Part shown: positions 7,934 to 17,398 of the stretch, piece after piece
How positions within the stretch are numbered: position 1 is the first letter of the stretch
Layout: the number at the start of each line of letters is the position of its first letter
From: Pseudomonas phage vB_PaePAO1-KEN19
DNA length: 64,000 bases
Direction: 5' to 3' (one strand)
Sequence record: PP456878.1
Notes under the pieces: generated by a model
Database searches by the model: none
What the model saw: the letters and a program-made list of their open reading frames with translations, nothing else
What the model was told of the DNA's origin: nothing
Program-made: the position numbers and the translations under genes

Positions 7934-8838
7934 TTCTTACCACCTTTAATAACAGTGAGTTTTGGTGGACCAGTAGGACGAGAAGGTTTATTAATAATAA
8001 TCTGCGAATTGGAAGAATTATTGAAATCCTCAACCATCTTATTTACATCATTGTCAAATGAATTAGATGTATTATCACCCGAGTCCACAGTTGATTCACT
8101 AACCACATTTGAAATAGGGTAACTGAGGAGTTCCATCATAAGTACATTGATGTTATCCTGATAGTTTTCATTACGTGTACAATTAATAACCCGCTCACAC
8201 CAATCCATAATTAATTCTGGTGCATTCTGTTTAATTGCAGTTACCGCTACTCTAATATGTGCATCTAATTCTGGATTACTAAATTCAGTTACTCTGTTAA
8301 TGGCGCTTTCAATCATCTGATCATGCTCATTCTCAGATGTATTCCTTACAACTAACTTACCATTAGTGGTATCGGCTTTATTTTTAAAATTAACCTCAGT
8401 GACATTACCTACGGTAGTTAATACTGGGTTTTTGTCAACTACATTATTAACAGTTCCTTCTAATGTTGCACGAATAGTATCTGCATTGAGATATCTATCC
8501 ACTAGCGGCATTTCAAAGAATGCGTTAGAATTATCATCAATAGGTGTAACTACACCCAATACTGCATAAAGAGGAAGTTTAATACTGACCCCAACTCCAT
8601 TTACTGTTACATTGAAAGAGATATATTCGTCACTGATATAAAAATTCTTTGCACAGCGTGGATGGATATTGAAAGTGATAGTGTGATCTTCTTTCGCATG
8701 CTTTAGAGCTACCTCAGATAAATCAGGTACTAATTGAGTATGTGCTACAATTAGAATATCTCTGAAGTTATTCTCAAGAAACCAATCATAGGTAGCTCGA
8801 AGAATATGGCCAGTAAGTAATGATTTTACCTTTAGCAT
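7930..8838 (-). CDS. hypothetical protein (302 aa)
   Basis: ORF in the minus block. Confidence 0.55.
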   Translation of the reverse strand: [302 protein letters not shown]

Positions 8839-8860
8839 ATTTGTATTACCTTTAAATAAA

Positions 8861-9328
8861 TTATAGGAAGATATCTTCTACTGAGGGCACTATATTCTTT
8901 TCTTTTACAAGTTCAGTAGATTTGGTATAATGTGCATTAAATAGTTTCTTTAAATCTGCTTTTTCATATTTTACAGTATCTGCTAATTTCCAAATAGTAA
9001 GACCTAGATGAATACTAACTGAATTAACATGTTTTACGCATAGATCAATTAATTTGTTAAACTCTTCTAATTCATTTTTAATCAACGTTGCATCTAAAGC
9101 TTGGTGCAAACGATTAGATAATTTAACTTTATCTTTGTCAATTGTAAAGTTATTTTCAATATCCTTAGCACTCATCGGTGGTTCAACTTTATACCACACA
9201 TTGGTTAGTTTACCGTCCACACGCGTCGTGATGGGATGTTTATAATCAGTCCAACTTCTATGTAGATTATGTTTATCATCAAGAACATCTACAGTAACTT
9301 TCTCATTACCTGTAAAGAATGGATACAT
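8861..9328 (-). CDS. hypothetical protein (155 aa)
   Basis: ORF in the minus block. Confidence 0.55.
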   Translation of the reverse strand: MYPFFTGNEKVTVDVLDDKHNLHRSWTDYKHPITTRVDGKLTNVWYKVEPPMSAKDIENNFTIDKDKVKLSNRLHQALDATLIKNELEEFNKLIDLCVKHVNSVSIHLGLTIWKLADTVKYEKADLKKLFNAHYTKSTELVKEKNIVPSVEDIFL

Positions 9329-9501
9329 TAGGTTGCCTTTATTTTATCAATGAGTAATTTTAATAGTTCATCATTAGTTAAATTGTCTTTATTTTTAATA
9401 ATGTCTTTTAGTTTAAACATATTGAAAGTATACCACAACCACTTATGAATTATATAACAAATCACTATAACTAATAATAGTAGTGAATGTAATGCTAGCA
9501 T
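9328..9501 (-). CDS. small membrane protein (57 aa, MLALHSLLLLVIVICYIIHKWLWYTFNMFKLKDIIKNKDNLTNDELLKLLIDKIKAT), absent from the ORF track
   Basis: Translated by hand. It has an N-terminal TM helix and a TAATG stop/start overlap with gene 8861-9328, and it sits downstream of a promoter cassette. Confidence 0.4.
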   Translation of the reverse strand: MLALHSLLLLVIVICYIIHKWLWYTFNMFKLKDIIKNKDNLTNDELLKLLIDKIKAT

Positions 9502-9534
9502 TATAACTACCTATTTTGATATGACTTGACCAAA

Positions 9535-9573
9535 TATGTAATATAGATTTCAAAAAAAATTTAATGCAATAAA
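9535..9573 (-). promoter_or_regulatory. putative promoter, minus-sense TTGCATTAAATTTTTTTTGAAATCTATATTACATATT (TATATTAC core)
   Basis: Same cassette architecture as 1160-1196, immediately after hairpin 9574-9593. Confidence 0.45.
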
Positions 9574-9593
9574 GGAGAGCTAAATAGCTCTCC
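9574..9593 (-). terminator. hairpin ggagagc-taaata-gctctcc
   Basis: Stem-loop 10 nt after the stop of gene 9603-9893. Confidence 0.45.
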
Positions 9594-9602
9594 TATTTAT
9601 GC

Positions 9603-9893
9603 TTATTTATTTTTCTTTCTTGACTTATCTTTAATAACTAAGTCTAATGCTTCAAACATTTTAACAGCAGTTAAATGGTCGATAGAGTATGCCTTTTTAC
9701 GTAAACGTCCAATAGCTACTGTATACTGGTATTCAGATAAACCATCACTCATATTGTCAATAATTGATAGTGCTTCTTTATAAAGCCTGTTACACTTTAT
9801 CGTGTGTTTGATGGCATAATAACCCCAGTTAATTAAAGCCATCATTATAATCAGAAACAAAATACCTATAATTACTGTCATGATATCATTCAT
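9603..9893 (-). CDS. small membrane protein (96 aa)
   Basis: The hydrophobic N-terminus VIIGILFLIIMMALINWGYYAI suggests a TM helix. Confidence 0.5.
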   Translation of the reverse strand: MNDIMTVIIGILFLIIMMALINWGYYAIKHTIKCNRLYKEALSIIDNMSDGLSEYQYTVAIGRLRKKAYSIDHLTAVKMFEALDLVIKDKSRKKNK

Positions 9894-10203
9894 TTGCTGT
9901 TTCCCTATTATTACATTTTAATATAATCAATGAGTTGATATCGTAAATAAAAGATGTAAAAATATGTTGATTTGTTATTTTAGATGATTCTTTATCTATA
10001 ATGTCTTGGACAGCATTTTGATAGAAAAAATAACTTATGCCATTGGGCATTTTATCTAATACATATCTAACCTTATAAACACCCATCCAGTGAATATAAT
10101 GATTTTTTATATTAATAATGAAAGTTACACATGTTGATATAGCCGTTAGTGTTATCATTGATATAACAAATACTTTATACATTTGCAACCCACAGATTCT
10201 CAT
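9886..10203 (-). CDS. small membrane protein (105 aa)
   Basis: TM segment VFVISMITLTAISTCVTFIIN. Confidence 0.5.
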   Translation of the reverse strand: MRICGLQMYKVFVISMITLTAISTCVTFIINIKNHYIHWMGVYKVRYVLDKMPNGISYFFYQNAVQDIIDKESSKITNQHIFTSFIYDINSLIILKCNNRETANE

Positions 10204-10216
10204 CTAGATGAAATAA

Positions 10217-10236
10217 ACCAGCCCCGAAGGGCTGGT
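10217..10236 (-). terminator. hairpin accagccc-cgaa-gggctggt then minus-sense TTTATTT
   Basis: GC stem followed by a T-run, between the genes at 10239 and 10203. Confidence 0.55.
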
Positions 10237-10238
10237 AT

Positions 10239-10607
10239 TTATTTTACAACCACAGCTTTACCGTAGTTGTTATCCATACAGGTTTTAAATGATGTAACGT
10301 ATGCATCACGTGGGCTTTGTCTACGTGAATACACAACGTGCACCTCTTTAATTGCTGCTGGGAGAACATTGTAAAGAACGTTATCTTTGTTCTTCACGCC
10401 GTACCCTTTTAGGGATCGTAGGTTTTCTTCCCATTGTAAAATGGGTGTTTTACGCTGACGTGCTTCTGCTGTGGCATGTGCTATAAGTGCAACACCATTA
10501 CAGTAATTCTCGTCAACTACCAACGATGCAGCTAGTGGGTTTGATACGTATAACAACGTACTTAATACGGCCACTAACTTCATTACGTGTGTTAAACATT
10601 GCATCAC
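10239..10607 (-). CDS. secreted-type hypothetical protein with signal peptide (122 aa)
   Basis: MMQCLTHVMKLVAVLSTLLYVSNPLAASLV looks like a signal peptide. Confidence 0.5.
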   Translation of the reverse strand: MMQCLTHVMKLVAVLSTLLYVSNPLAASLVVDENYCNGVALIAHATAEARQRKTPILQWEENLRSLKGYGVKNKDNVLYNVLPAAIKEVHVVYSRRQSPRDAYVTSFKTCMDNNYGKAVVVK

Positions 10608-10660
10608 GTTGTACCTAGGTTGCTAAGATCAGAATATAAAGCTACTAAAATAGCCTTAAA

Positions 10661-11260
10661 TCATTCTACAACCTTAACGTTACCATCTTCAATAACTAGA
10701 TCTTTACCTACAACATCGGCAAGATCTAACTTATCCTTTACTTCCAGTTTCTTGATACTGTGTACAAAACGGAATACAGATAGACGAAGAATTAGTTCTT
10801 CTGGTACATCAACAACATCAATAAAGTATTCTGATGGGTTGATATCACAATTGACATATTCCCAACTTTGTCTTAGTTCAGTTTCATTCTCAGTTACTTG
10901 TGCATCAAGAACTTCTTCAAAGTTAATATTGGCAATATTAGTATCATTATCATTCAGATAAGTAAATTGAAGACTAGCATTATTAATGAATTCTTCTTCA
11001 ACTACAGTTAGTGCACGTTGAGCGTGAATGGGTAGATGATATCGAATACACCCATTAATAATAACCTCATTTGCCTTTTCAATATAACGTTCTTCTTTGA
11101 ATTTTACATTAGATACGACGTAATCTAGGATTGCCTTGTAATATTCTTTATGATCTGGGTGGCTCTTTTCAATCCACTGTCGGCTACTTACGCTAATTTT
11201 TTTCTCGGCTAGAAAATCTCGGAATTTAGCACGATCGATATAAGCGGTACGTTTTTTCAT
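10661..11260 (-). CDS. hypothetical protein (199 aa)
   Basis: ORF in the minus block. Confidence 0.55.
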   Translation of the reverse strand: MKKRTAYIDRAKFRDFLAEKKISVSSRQWIEKSHPDHKEYYKAILDYVVSNVKFKEERYIEKANEVIINGCIRYHLPIHAQRALTVVEEEFINNASLQFTYLNDNDTNIANINFEEVLDAQVTENETELRQSWEYVNCDINPSEYFIDVVDVPEELILRLSVFRFVHSIKKLEVKDKLDLADVVGKDLVIEDGNVKVVE

Positions 11261-11272
11261 CAGTAGTTCCTA

Positions 11273-11788
11273 TTATTTAACATTTCTAGGTGTTAGTTCG
11301 ATATGTGAACAGATCACATAAGATGCACATGCCAGTACATCTAAACCATAATACTCATCATAATGGAAATATCCTCTGAGATTACCTTGTTTAGTAAAGG
11401 TGTATTCATCAGCTAAATCTAACTCGTTACTTGTCTCTAGCACATTGATTAATTTATCATATTCAACTTTTAGTGCTATATCAGTACAGATTATTTGCTT
11501 GATATATTTATCAGAGTTTGGATCATTTTTATAATCTAAAGTATCAGTTAATACAGTGGTTAATGCTAGAATAACATAGTCATGGTAACTTTCCGGTTGT
11601 TTAATCTCACCTTCAGGTATTTCAATCCATTCCCAACCATGTCGTAATATATTTAGCATTACATGCCACTTATTGGTTTCATTACTAACCACAGCTATTG
11701 GTGAATCATTATAAGGTTTATACAAACCTGTTGTTTTTAAAAGATCTTTTTTAATAGCAGCTATATATAACGGGCGGTTTTCTGACAT
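11273..11788 (-). CDS. hypothetical protein (171 aa)
   Basis: ORF in the minus block. Confidence 0.55.
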   Translation of the reverse strand: MSENRPLYIAAIKKDLLKTTGLYKPYNDSPIAVVSNETNKWHVMLNILRHGWEWIEIPEGEIKQPESYHDYVILALTTVLTDTLDYKNDPNSDKYIKQIICTDIALKVEYDKLINVLETSNELDLADEYTFTKQGNLRGYFHYDEYYGLDVLACASYVICSHIELTPRNVK

Positions 11789-11797
11789 TTTTATAAC

Positions 11798-12127
11798 TCA
11801 CATATATTTCAAATGTTTGCCAATTGGTCTGTTAGGGTTATACATATAACCACGACCTGCTGCTGCCCTAATTACTAATTGCTGCATATCTGTTAATTTT
11901 CTATAATTATCACCAATTAATTTAAGTATAATACTTTCTATAGAATCATTAGTTAATTCAGAAGGATCTGTTACTTTGAAATAATTATATACTAATTCTC
12001 TTTTAACTAGAAAATCAACTCTTCGTTTTTCTTTAATTCGTTTATAACGTTGCGATACATGGATAAATGAAAATAAAACAACTATCCAGAATAAGGTCAA
12101 AAGTAGGTACTCATCAACTACATTCAT
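11798..12127 (-). CDS. membrane protein (109 aa)
   Basis: TM segment LLLTLFWIVVLFSFIHV. Confidence 0.5.
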   Translation of the reverse strand: MNVVDEYLLLTLFWIVVLFSFIHVSQRYKRIKEKRRVDFLVKRELVYNYFKVTDPSELTNDSIESIILKLIGDNYRKLTDMQQLVIRAAAGRGYMYNPNRPIGKHLKYM

Positions 12128-12136
12128 TTTTAATCC

Positions 12137-12430
12137 CTATCTTTTTTTTTTCAAATTATCTTGTAACTCAACTAGTGTTCTGTTTAATAAACTAATTTGT
12201 TTCTGTTGTTCACATACAAGTTCACTTAACGTATTAATCTGTGCCTGTAGTTCTTTAGTATTAGTATCAATAACATCAAGAATATATTCTTTATTTTTCT
12301 TAGGCATTCTTTGCTTCCTCAACGTTAATTCACCAAACGGCAGAAAAGATGACTGGGCAGCCAACACTCTTTTAGAATGTCTTTTGCCCAGTCTTTTAAA
12401 TGTCTTACGAAGTTTAATTGGTATAAGCAT
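12137..12430 (-). CDS. basic coiled-coil protein (about 97 aa from the second Met). The track ORF 12137-12454 starts earlier and would overlap the upstream gene.
   Basis: The internal Met at 12430 forms a TAATG/TGATG-type junction with the stop of the upstream gene. The protein is K/R-rich with heptad repeats. Confidence 0.45.
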   Translation of the reverse strand: MLIPIKLRKTFKRLGKRHSKRVLAAQSSFLPFGELTLRKQRMPKKNKEYILDVIDTNTKELQAQINTLSELVCEQQKQISLLNRTLVELQDNLKKKR

Positions 12431-12864
12431 TAAATAATATCTCTTGATGCCCATGTACCATCTACAGAGTCATTTACAAATGGTGCACGGTCACCAGGTA
12501 TTACTTGAGCCCATAAATCCACTTCAAGTAATATCCGACGACATGCATAAAAAGGCTCTACTTCTACCCTGTATGAATTATCTTTAGGATCAATATACAC
12601 AGTAGCAACTAGCTTAGGCTGGGCTCTTCGCCATTTATCCCATACTTTAAGAATTACTTCGCCTTCCATTCTGGCTATACGTGGAGTTATCTTTACCTCA
12701 CTAATGATTAGCCCATCTGGACCTACCACTCGTTTAGGGGATAGCCATTTATGATAACCAATATCATTAATCCCATTCTTTGAAAATACCGAGTCTTCAA
12801 GATATCCTCTCACACCAGGGTATAACGGAACCATTGTAAGCATATGACACCTATAGTGATCCAT
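12430..12864 (-). CDS. hypothetical protein (up to 144 aa; true start probably an internal Met near 12843)
   Basis: The ORF overlaps upstream gene 12851-13249 by 14 nt unless an internal start is used. Confidence 0.5.
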   Translation of the reverse strand: MDHYRCHMLTMVPLYPGVRGYLEDSVFSKNGINDIGYHKWLSPKRVVGPDGLIISEVKITPRIARMEGEVILKVWDKWRRAQPKLVATVYIDPKDNSYRVEVEPFYACRRILLEVDLWAQVIPGDRAPFVNDSVDGTWASRDII

Positions 12865-13249
12865 TGGATGCCCATAAAACTGAATAAGGATTTTGAGTTA
12901 ATTGGAATCTAATTGCAAAGTTTTCGATTTCCCAAAAACGATCAGTCTTATTCCACTCTAATTCCTTTTTCGCCAGATCAACATTAATTGTTGATATAAT
13001 ACGATTACGCTCTTCTTCAAATACAGTAAACCTGACGATTGCTGGAAATAAGCAATCTCTTTCTTTATAAAAGTTTAGAGTATTCTTATCGATATAACCT
13101 GGTCCTGGAATAATTTCAAGGATATTAAAATCAGTCCATCCTAAGTCTGGTGTACCTAGATCAGGTAAATGTTTTAAAACCCCATTGCGTATAAAGGGTT
13201 TTCCATATTCTAGTGTGACCTCATGAAAAGAAGAACCATAGATTTTCAT
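12851..13249 (-). CDS. hypothetical protein (132 aa)
   Basis: ORF in the minus block. Confidence 0.55.
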   Translation of the reverse strand: MKIYGSSFHEVTLEYGKPFIRNGVLKHLPDLGTPDLGWTDFNILEIIPGPGYIDKNTLNFYKERDCLFPAIVRFTVFEEERNRIISTINVDLAKKELEWNKTDRFWEIENFAIRFQLTQNPYSVLWASNGSL

Positions 13250-13410
13250 ACAACCACCGTGCGTTTTAATTCATAGGGTTAGTATGTTTAGTACCGTTTG
13301 AATTTTATTTCATTACAGATGATCGCTTTGTTATATTTGGTGTTTGAATATTTTAGACTAGTTTCAATAAATGCTTTCTTTTTCATATATACACTTACGC
13401 AAAATAAATA

Positions 13411-13431
13411 GGGACTCTCATTAAGAGTCCC
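13411..13431 (-). terminator. hairpin gggactct-cattaa-agagtccc followed minus-sense by TATTTATTTTG
   Basis: GC stem and T-run after the stop of gene 13438-13770. Confidence 0.5.
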
Positions 13432-13437
13432 TTAATA

Positions 13438-13770
13438 TTAAACGAATAATAACTCCAGTACTAATACTGGAAATTTATGCCGATATTGTGGATGTACATA
13501 CGTATGAAATTTATGTGTGCCTAAATGGAATTCAACGTACAGTACAATAAAATCTTTAGCTACATTTCGATCATGTACGTAAATAGTGAGTATTTCACCA
13601 TCATCATCTTTCTTACGTCCATAATCAAAATAGTAATTTTTGTTATCAGCTATCCCTTCAGCATTTAATTGAATGCCCCTTACATCAACAACATTTAAAC
13701 TAGAATCTTCATTAAATAAAGATCTAGTGCTACCATGGTAAACCATTAATGGATCTAATTGAATCTGCAT
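13438..13770 (-). CDS. hypothetical protein (110 aa)
   Basis: ORF in the minus block. Confidence 0.55.
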   Translation of the reverse strand: MQIQLDPLMVYHGSTRSLFNEDSSLNVVDVRGIQLNAEGIADNKNYYFDYGRKKDDDGEILTIYVHDRNVAKDFIVLYVEFHLGTHKFHTYVHPQYRHKFPVLVLELLFV

Positions 13771-13838
13771 GTGTTAGTCCTCTACTATGTAGTGAGGCAC
13801 ATGCCTCACTTATATTGTTTTAATTTTCATATTAATGA

Positions 13839-14186
13839 TCAATTAAAGTTAACAGTGCTATAAGCTTTGCCTAAAGCTGTAAATAGTTCTTCATTAAGTT
13901 CATCAAATTCTAACCAACCATTCATTTCACCTAAGATAGTTTTAACAATCGTAAGATTAACAATCTCAGAGCTAGGAATGATATCTCGAATTCGCTCATG
14001 GAAATTAACTACTTGTTGAATACTTACTTTAGTATCATTGACTGAGATATCATCATCAGTTAACTTATTAATAGCCATCATCGCTATACGTGAGAATAGA
14101 TCAGTATGTTCTTCCTTAACAATTTCCCATGCTGCATTAAAGGAGTCAAGAACATCTAGATCATCAGAATTTAGTTGCTTTTGCAT
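13839..14186 (-). CDS. hypothetical acidic protein (115 aa)
   Basis: ORF followed by palindromic hairpin 13802-13819. Confidence 0.55.
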   Translation of the reverse strand: MQKQLNSDDLDVLDSFNAAWEIVKEEHTDLFSRIAMMAINKLTDDDISVNDTKVSIQQVVNFHERIRDIIPSSEIVNLTIVKTILGEMNGWLEFDELNEELFTALGKAYSTVNFN

Positions 14187-14288
14187 TTTAACCTCTTAAA
14201 CATTATAACACATATACCCCACAACATAAGTCATGGAGTATATGCCTCGAAAGGTACGTAATAGAAATACTACTACATAGTATTGTAT

Positions 14289-14759
14289 TTACTCATTAAT
14301 AACAGATACTTTGTTATTCTCAGCTTTACTTTTAGCCGATAGCGCTAAATAGAGACAACTATACCAAGTGAAGTAGTCTCTTGGGAAATAGCCCTTTAAA
14401 AAAGTAGCCATATTTTTAGCACACGCTTTATTAATATTCTTATTAATGATTTTCCTCTCATTCATTATTTTACAAGCTAACAATGAATAATGTAGTTGAT
14501 TATTAGTACTTAGGTCTTCAAGGAATAGTTCTTTCACTGCTTGTGGCTTAGAACTTAGACACATTATAATTTCTTGAACAATATAGTCATTCGTCACTGA
14601 ATGAATAAGTTCAAGATAGAGTGAAAGATTAATCGAATACAGATCTTGTTTATTATTGAAAATGTATCCATTTCTATCTAATGTAACTAATTTCTTATAT
14701 GTGGGTGACATCTTTTCATTAACTATTTTATAAAAAAGACTAATCACTAATTTAATCAT
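14289..14759 (-). CDS. hypothetical protein (156 aa)
   Basis: ORF with a 4-nt overlap to the upstream gene. Confidence 0.55.
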   Translation of the reverse strand: MIKLVISLFYKIVNEKMSPTYKKLVTLDRNGYIFNNKQDLYSINLSLYLELIHSVTNDYIVQEIIMCLSSKPQAVKELFLEDLSTNNQLHYSLLACKIMNERKIINKNINKACAKNMATFLKGYFPRDYFTWYSCLYLALSAKSKAENNKVSVINE

Positions 14760-15889
14760 TTTAATAAACTTCCATCTACTCTATAAAAACCATGGACATC
14801 ACGTTTACCATTTAGACTAGGTATCTCATATGGATCAGTTGATGGATTTATCAGTTTGATTTTGCATTTATCTAAACGATCACGCAAGCTGATATTACCA
14901 GATAATGTTAAACCACGATACTGAATATCGACATTATCTAAATCAACAATGAGCGTACTAAGCTCCCCATTTGTTAAGTATGGTACCACAACCGAGTCAA
15001 TTACTTTTGCAATTGTTTTAGCTTCAATATGTATCCAGTTTCCAATATGATTAACAATCTCTGGAAACTTATCTAGATTTAATGTGATGCTATAGTCACA
15101 CCTAATTTTGATAATTCCATTACTTGACCAATAATGCATTGCACTATTGATGCCACCTAGATGATTCTCCATAGGTGTGAACTTTAGCCGTCCATTGAAA
15201 TCTATAAGCACTTTTGAGTTATCACACGCATCAACTATTCTTGACCGATACATAAACATATTAAGTAGTTTTCTATTGATGGCCACAGTTGTACCATTAG
15301 TTAGTTCAACTACGACGATATCACCATCTGCTTCATAAGACTCTACAATTAGAGTTATTGGGTTACTATCAAATTTGGAATTATCAGATAACCCATCCAT
15401 CACAATCTTGTAATTACTATTAACTGATTTAACTTGATCTATTAAAGATGGATCAATGAAATCCTTAGTGAGTGATTTTGATGTGAAAATTACAGCCACA
15501 TTTAGATCACTATTGATTGGTGTATTTACAGGTATGTATTGTTCATTAGAGAAATAGAATAATTTAAGATCTTTTATATCAGTTAGATTAATAATATCTA
15601 ATGAATTATTAGTTACTTTATACATGAATGAATCAAAATTTTGTTCAACAAAATAAATCATCCATGTCTTAGTTTCTTTGGTATAATAACCCCATGCTAA
15701 ACTTCGATCATGTAATTTACCAGATAGCATTCCTGTGAAGTAACCTGACAAAATATCAATTTTATCAACATCTACATTTTCTCTGATGTATTTATCATTT
15801 AGATCAGCTATCTTTTGTTCTAATGTATCTACCTTTTTTGGTTTGTTAAAACTATCAATAACATTTTTTAAGTACTTAAACATAATCAT
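14756..15889 (-). CDS. hypothetical protein (377 aa)
   Basis: ORF with an AAAAGG RBS. Terminator 15921-15940 lies upstream. Confidence 0.6.
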   Translation of the reverse strand: MIMFKYLKNVIDSFNKPKKVDTLEQKIADLNDKYIRENVDVDKIDILSGYFTGMLSGKLHDRSLAWGYYTKETKTWMIYFVEQNFDSFMYKVTNNSLDIINLTDIKDLKLFYFSNEQYIPVNTPINSDLNVAVIFTSKSLTKDFIDPSLIDQVKSVNSNYKIVMDGLSDNSKFDSNPITLIVESYEADGDIVVVELTNGTTVAINRKLLNMFMYRSRIVDACDNSKVLIDFNGRLKFTPMENHLGGINSAMHYWSSNGIIKIRCDYSITLNLDKFPEIVNHIGNWIHIEAKTIAKVIDSVVVPYLTNGELSTLIVDLDNVDIQYRGLTLSGNISLRDRLDKCKIKLINPSTDPYEIPSLNGKRDVHGFYRVDGSLLK

Positions 15890-15920
15890 AAATTACCTTT
15901 TGAGTATAAACACGGAATAA

Positions 15921-15940
15921 AAGCGGTGTACACACCGCTT
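15921..15940 (-). terminator. palindromic hairpin aagcggtgtacacaccgctt then minus-sense TTTTATTCC
   Basis: Stem and T-run after the stop of gene 15939-16238 (the hairpin starts in its last codons). Confidence 0.5.
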
Positions 15941-16238
15941 ATTGTTCAAATTTGATTTTGATATATCCACCACCAACATTAGGCTGCTTAGGTCTTAGCC
16001 ATCCTAGATTAAGATCCATATTCAAAACAAACGTATAAGCTGTTACTCCATTTTCATCATCAACACTAATGGAGTGCCATCCATCATGATTTTGATCTTT
16101 AAGAGAATGGATTTTGGGATATAGTTGATTATGATTCAAATCAAATACTGTAACATCTCCAATTGATCTAATTGGATAACCGCGAGATCCTAAATGATGG
16201 GCTCCTCTGCGGTCCAGTGAAATAATAGCTTCGTTCAC
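15939..16238 (-). CDS. hypothetical protein (99 aa)
   Basis: ORF downstream of the duplicated promoter cassette. Confidence 0.55.
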   Translation of the reverse strand: MNEAIISLDRRGAHHLGSRGYPIRSIGDVTVFDLNHNQLYPKIHSLKDQNHDGWHSISVDDENGVTAYTFVLNMDLNLGWLRPKQPNVGGGYIKIKFEQ

Positions 16239-16279
16239 GATAATTACCTCATGTAGATGTTTCCATTAGTATATGCTAA

Positions 16280-16316
16280 TCTATAATGTAGATCTCAAAT
16301 AAAATTTAGTGCAATA
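16280..16316 (-). promoter_or_regulatory. putative promoter cassette, second copy of the 1160-1196 element (variant core TACATTAT)
   Basis: The 45-nt stretch 16292-16336 is identical to 1172-1216 (atctcaaataaaatttagtgcaatagccctccccgaagggagggc). Confidence 0.4.
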
Positions 16317-16336
16317 GCCCTCCCCGAAGGGAGGGC
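16317..16336 (-). terminator. hairpin gccctccc-cgaa-gggagggc (identical to 1197-1216)
   Basis: Exact repeat. It lies 3' of the stop of gene 16349-16579. Confidence 0.5.
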
Positions 16337-16348
16337 TTTATGACAACA

Positions 16349-16579
16349 TTACCGCTTACTCATTATCGCAGCTAGTTCAACTTTAAATAATGCTTCTTCG
16401 ACTTTACGAGAAATAGCATTTATTTGAACACGTTTATTATTTTCACGATCTAATGCAATTGTATTTTTTCGTGTACAATAATCGTGTAAACCCAGTTGTC
16501 GCCTAACATAGAAAATAACAATTAATTTCAAAACACGAATATATCTCATAACGCGCTTGAACATTTTATAAATCCTCAA
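16349..16579 (-). CDS. small basic protein (76 aa)
   Basis: ORF in the minus block. Confidence 0.45.
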   Translation of the reverse strand: MRIYKMFKRVMRYIRVLKLIVIFYVRRQLGLHDYCTRKNTIALDRENNKRVQINAISRKVEEALFKVELAAIMSKR

Positions 16580-16583
16580 TAAT

Positions 16584-16775
16584 TTAAGGAATTGCTTTTA
16601 AAGCTTCTTCGCGTTCAGCTAAAAGCTTATCATATTGTATTTGTAATCGGTTAATTTCCGCACGAGTTAATTTTGTCTTAGCATTAGGTTTCAACTTATG
16701 GTTAATATCAACGGTAATACCATGGTACCTAAATAGAGCTTCCATTTTGGCTATTTTCTTTTCAATATCATCCAT
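16584..16775 (-). CDS. small coiled-coil protein (63 aa)
   Basis: ORF, tightly spaced with its neighbours. Confidence 0.45.
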   Translation of the reverse strand: MDDIEKKIAKMEALFRYHGITVDINHKLKPNAKTKLTRAEINRLQIQYDKLLAEREEALKAIP

Positions 16776-16831
16776 AGCTAAAATCCAAAAAAATAATAAT
16801 GACTAAGGGGACCAGAAGGTCCCCTATATCG

Positions 16832-17308
16832 TTAGGCAGTAATAGCGCGGCGGAAGACTGAATCAAACTCTTCCTGGTATGCTTTAATCAGCTTTGCAGT
16901 TTCTTCACAAATGGTATTATTACCATAAAATGCATCTGCAAAAGATTCTTGCTTACGTACTTCACAACCGAATAGCTCAAGACCATTTTTTGCTAGCTCA
17001 ACTTTGAACTTAGCTAATTCGGTCATACCAATTGGTTTGGCCCGCCCTTCTTCGATACCATTTTCTTTTAGTTTAATATTATCACATACACTGCAATGAC
17101 GAACATCTTTTTGTTTGTTCTTACGGAAGTTAGGACTTGATTTAGTTTGTTTTGCAGCAATGTCCATAAAGGTTTCCCTAGAATTTTTACGAACCGCAGC
17201 TTCATGATTCTTTTTAGCTCGATTTTTCTGTTTCTTCTGAACCGGCTTCGGCTGTACACCCAGCATTGAACCAAGTTCACTCCAGGAAGAAATAGTATTG
17301 CGTGACAT
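16832..17308 (-). CDS. basic hypothetical protein, possible nucleic-acid binding (158 aa)
   Basis: The N-terminal half is K/R-rich, with HCSVCDN cysteines. Hairpin 16807-16824 lies downstream. Confidence 0.5.
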   Translation of the reverse strand: MSRNTISSWSELGSMLGVQPKPVQKKQKNRAKKNHEAAVRKNSRETFMDIAAKQTKSSPNFRKNKQKDVRHCSVCDNIKLKENGIEEGRAKPIGMTELAKFKVELAKNGLELFGCEVRKQESFADAFYGNNTICEETAKLIKAYQEEFDSVFRRAITA

Positions 17309-17398
17309 GTATTAGAATCTCCTATATATGTTGATTATATCACATTTGTGATATACTGTTTAAAATGCTTTGAATGTATAAACCACTATGTTGGTCAA

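Noticed and set aside
17068-17280. 70-aa minus ORF nested in gene 16832-17308
   Set aside because: It sits in an alternative frame within a well-supported basic-protein gene and has no RBS.
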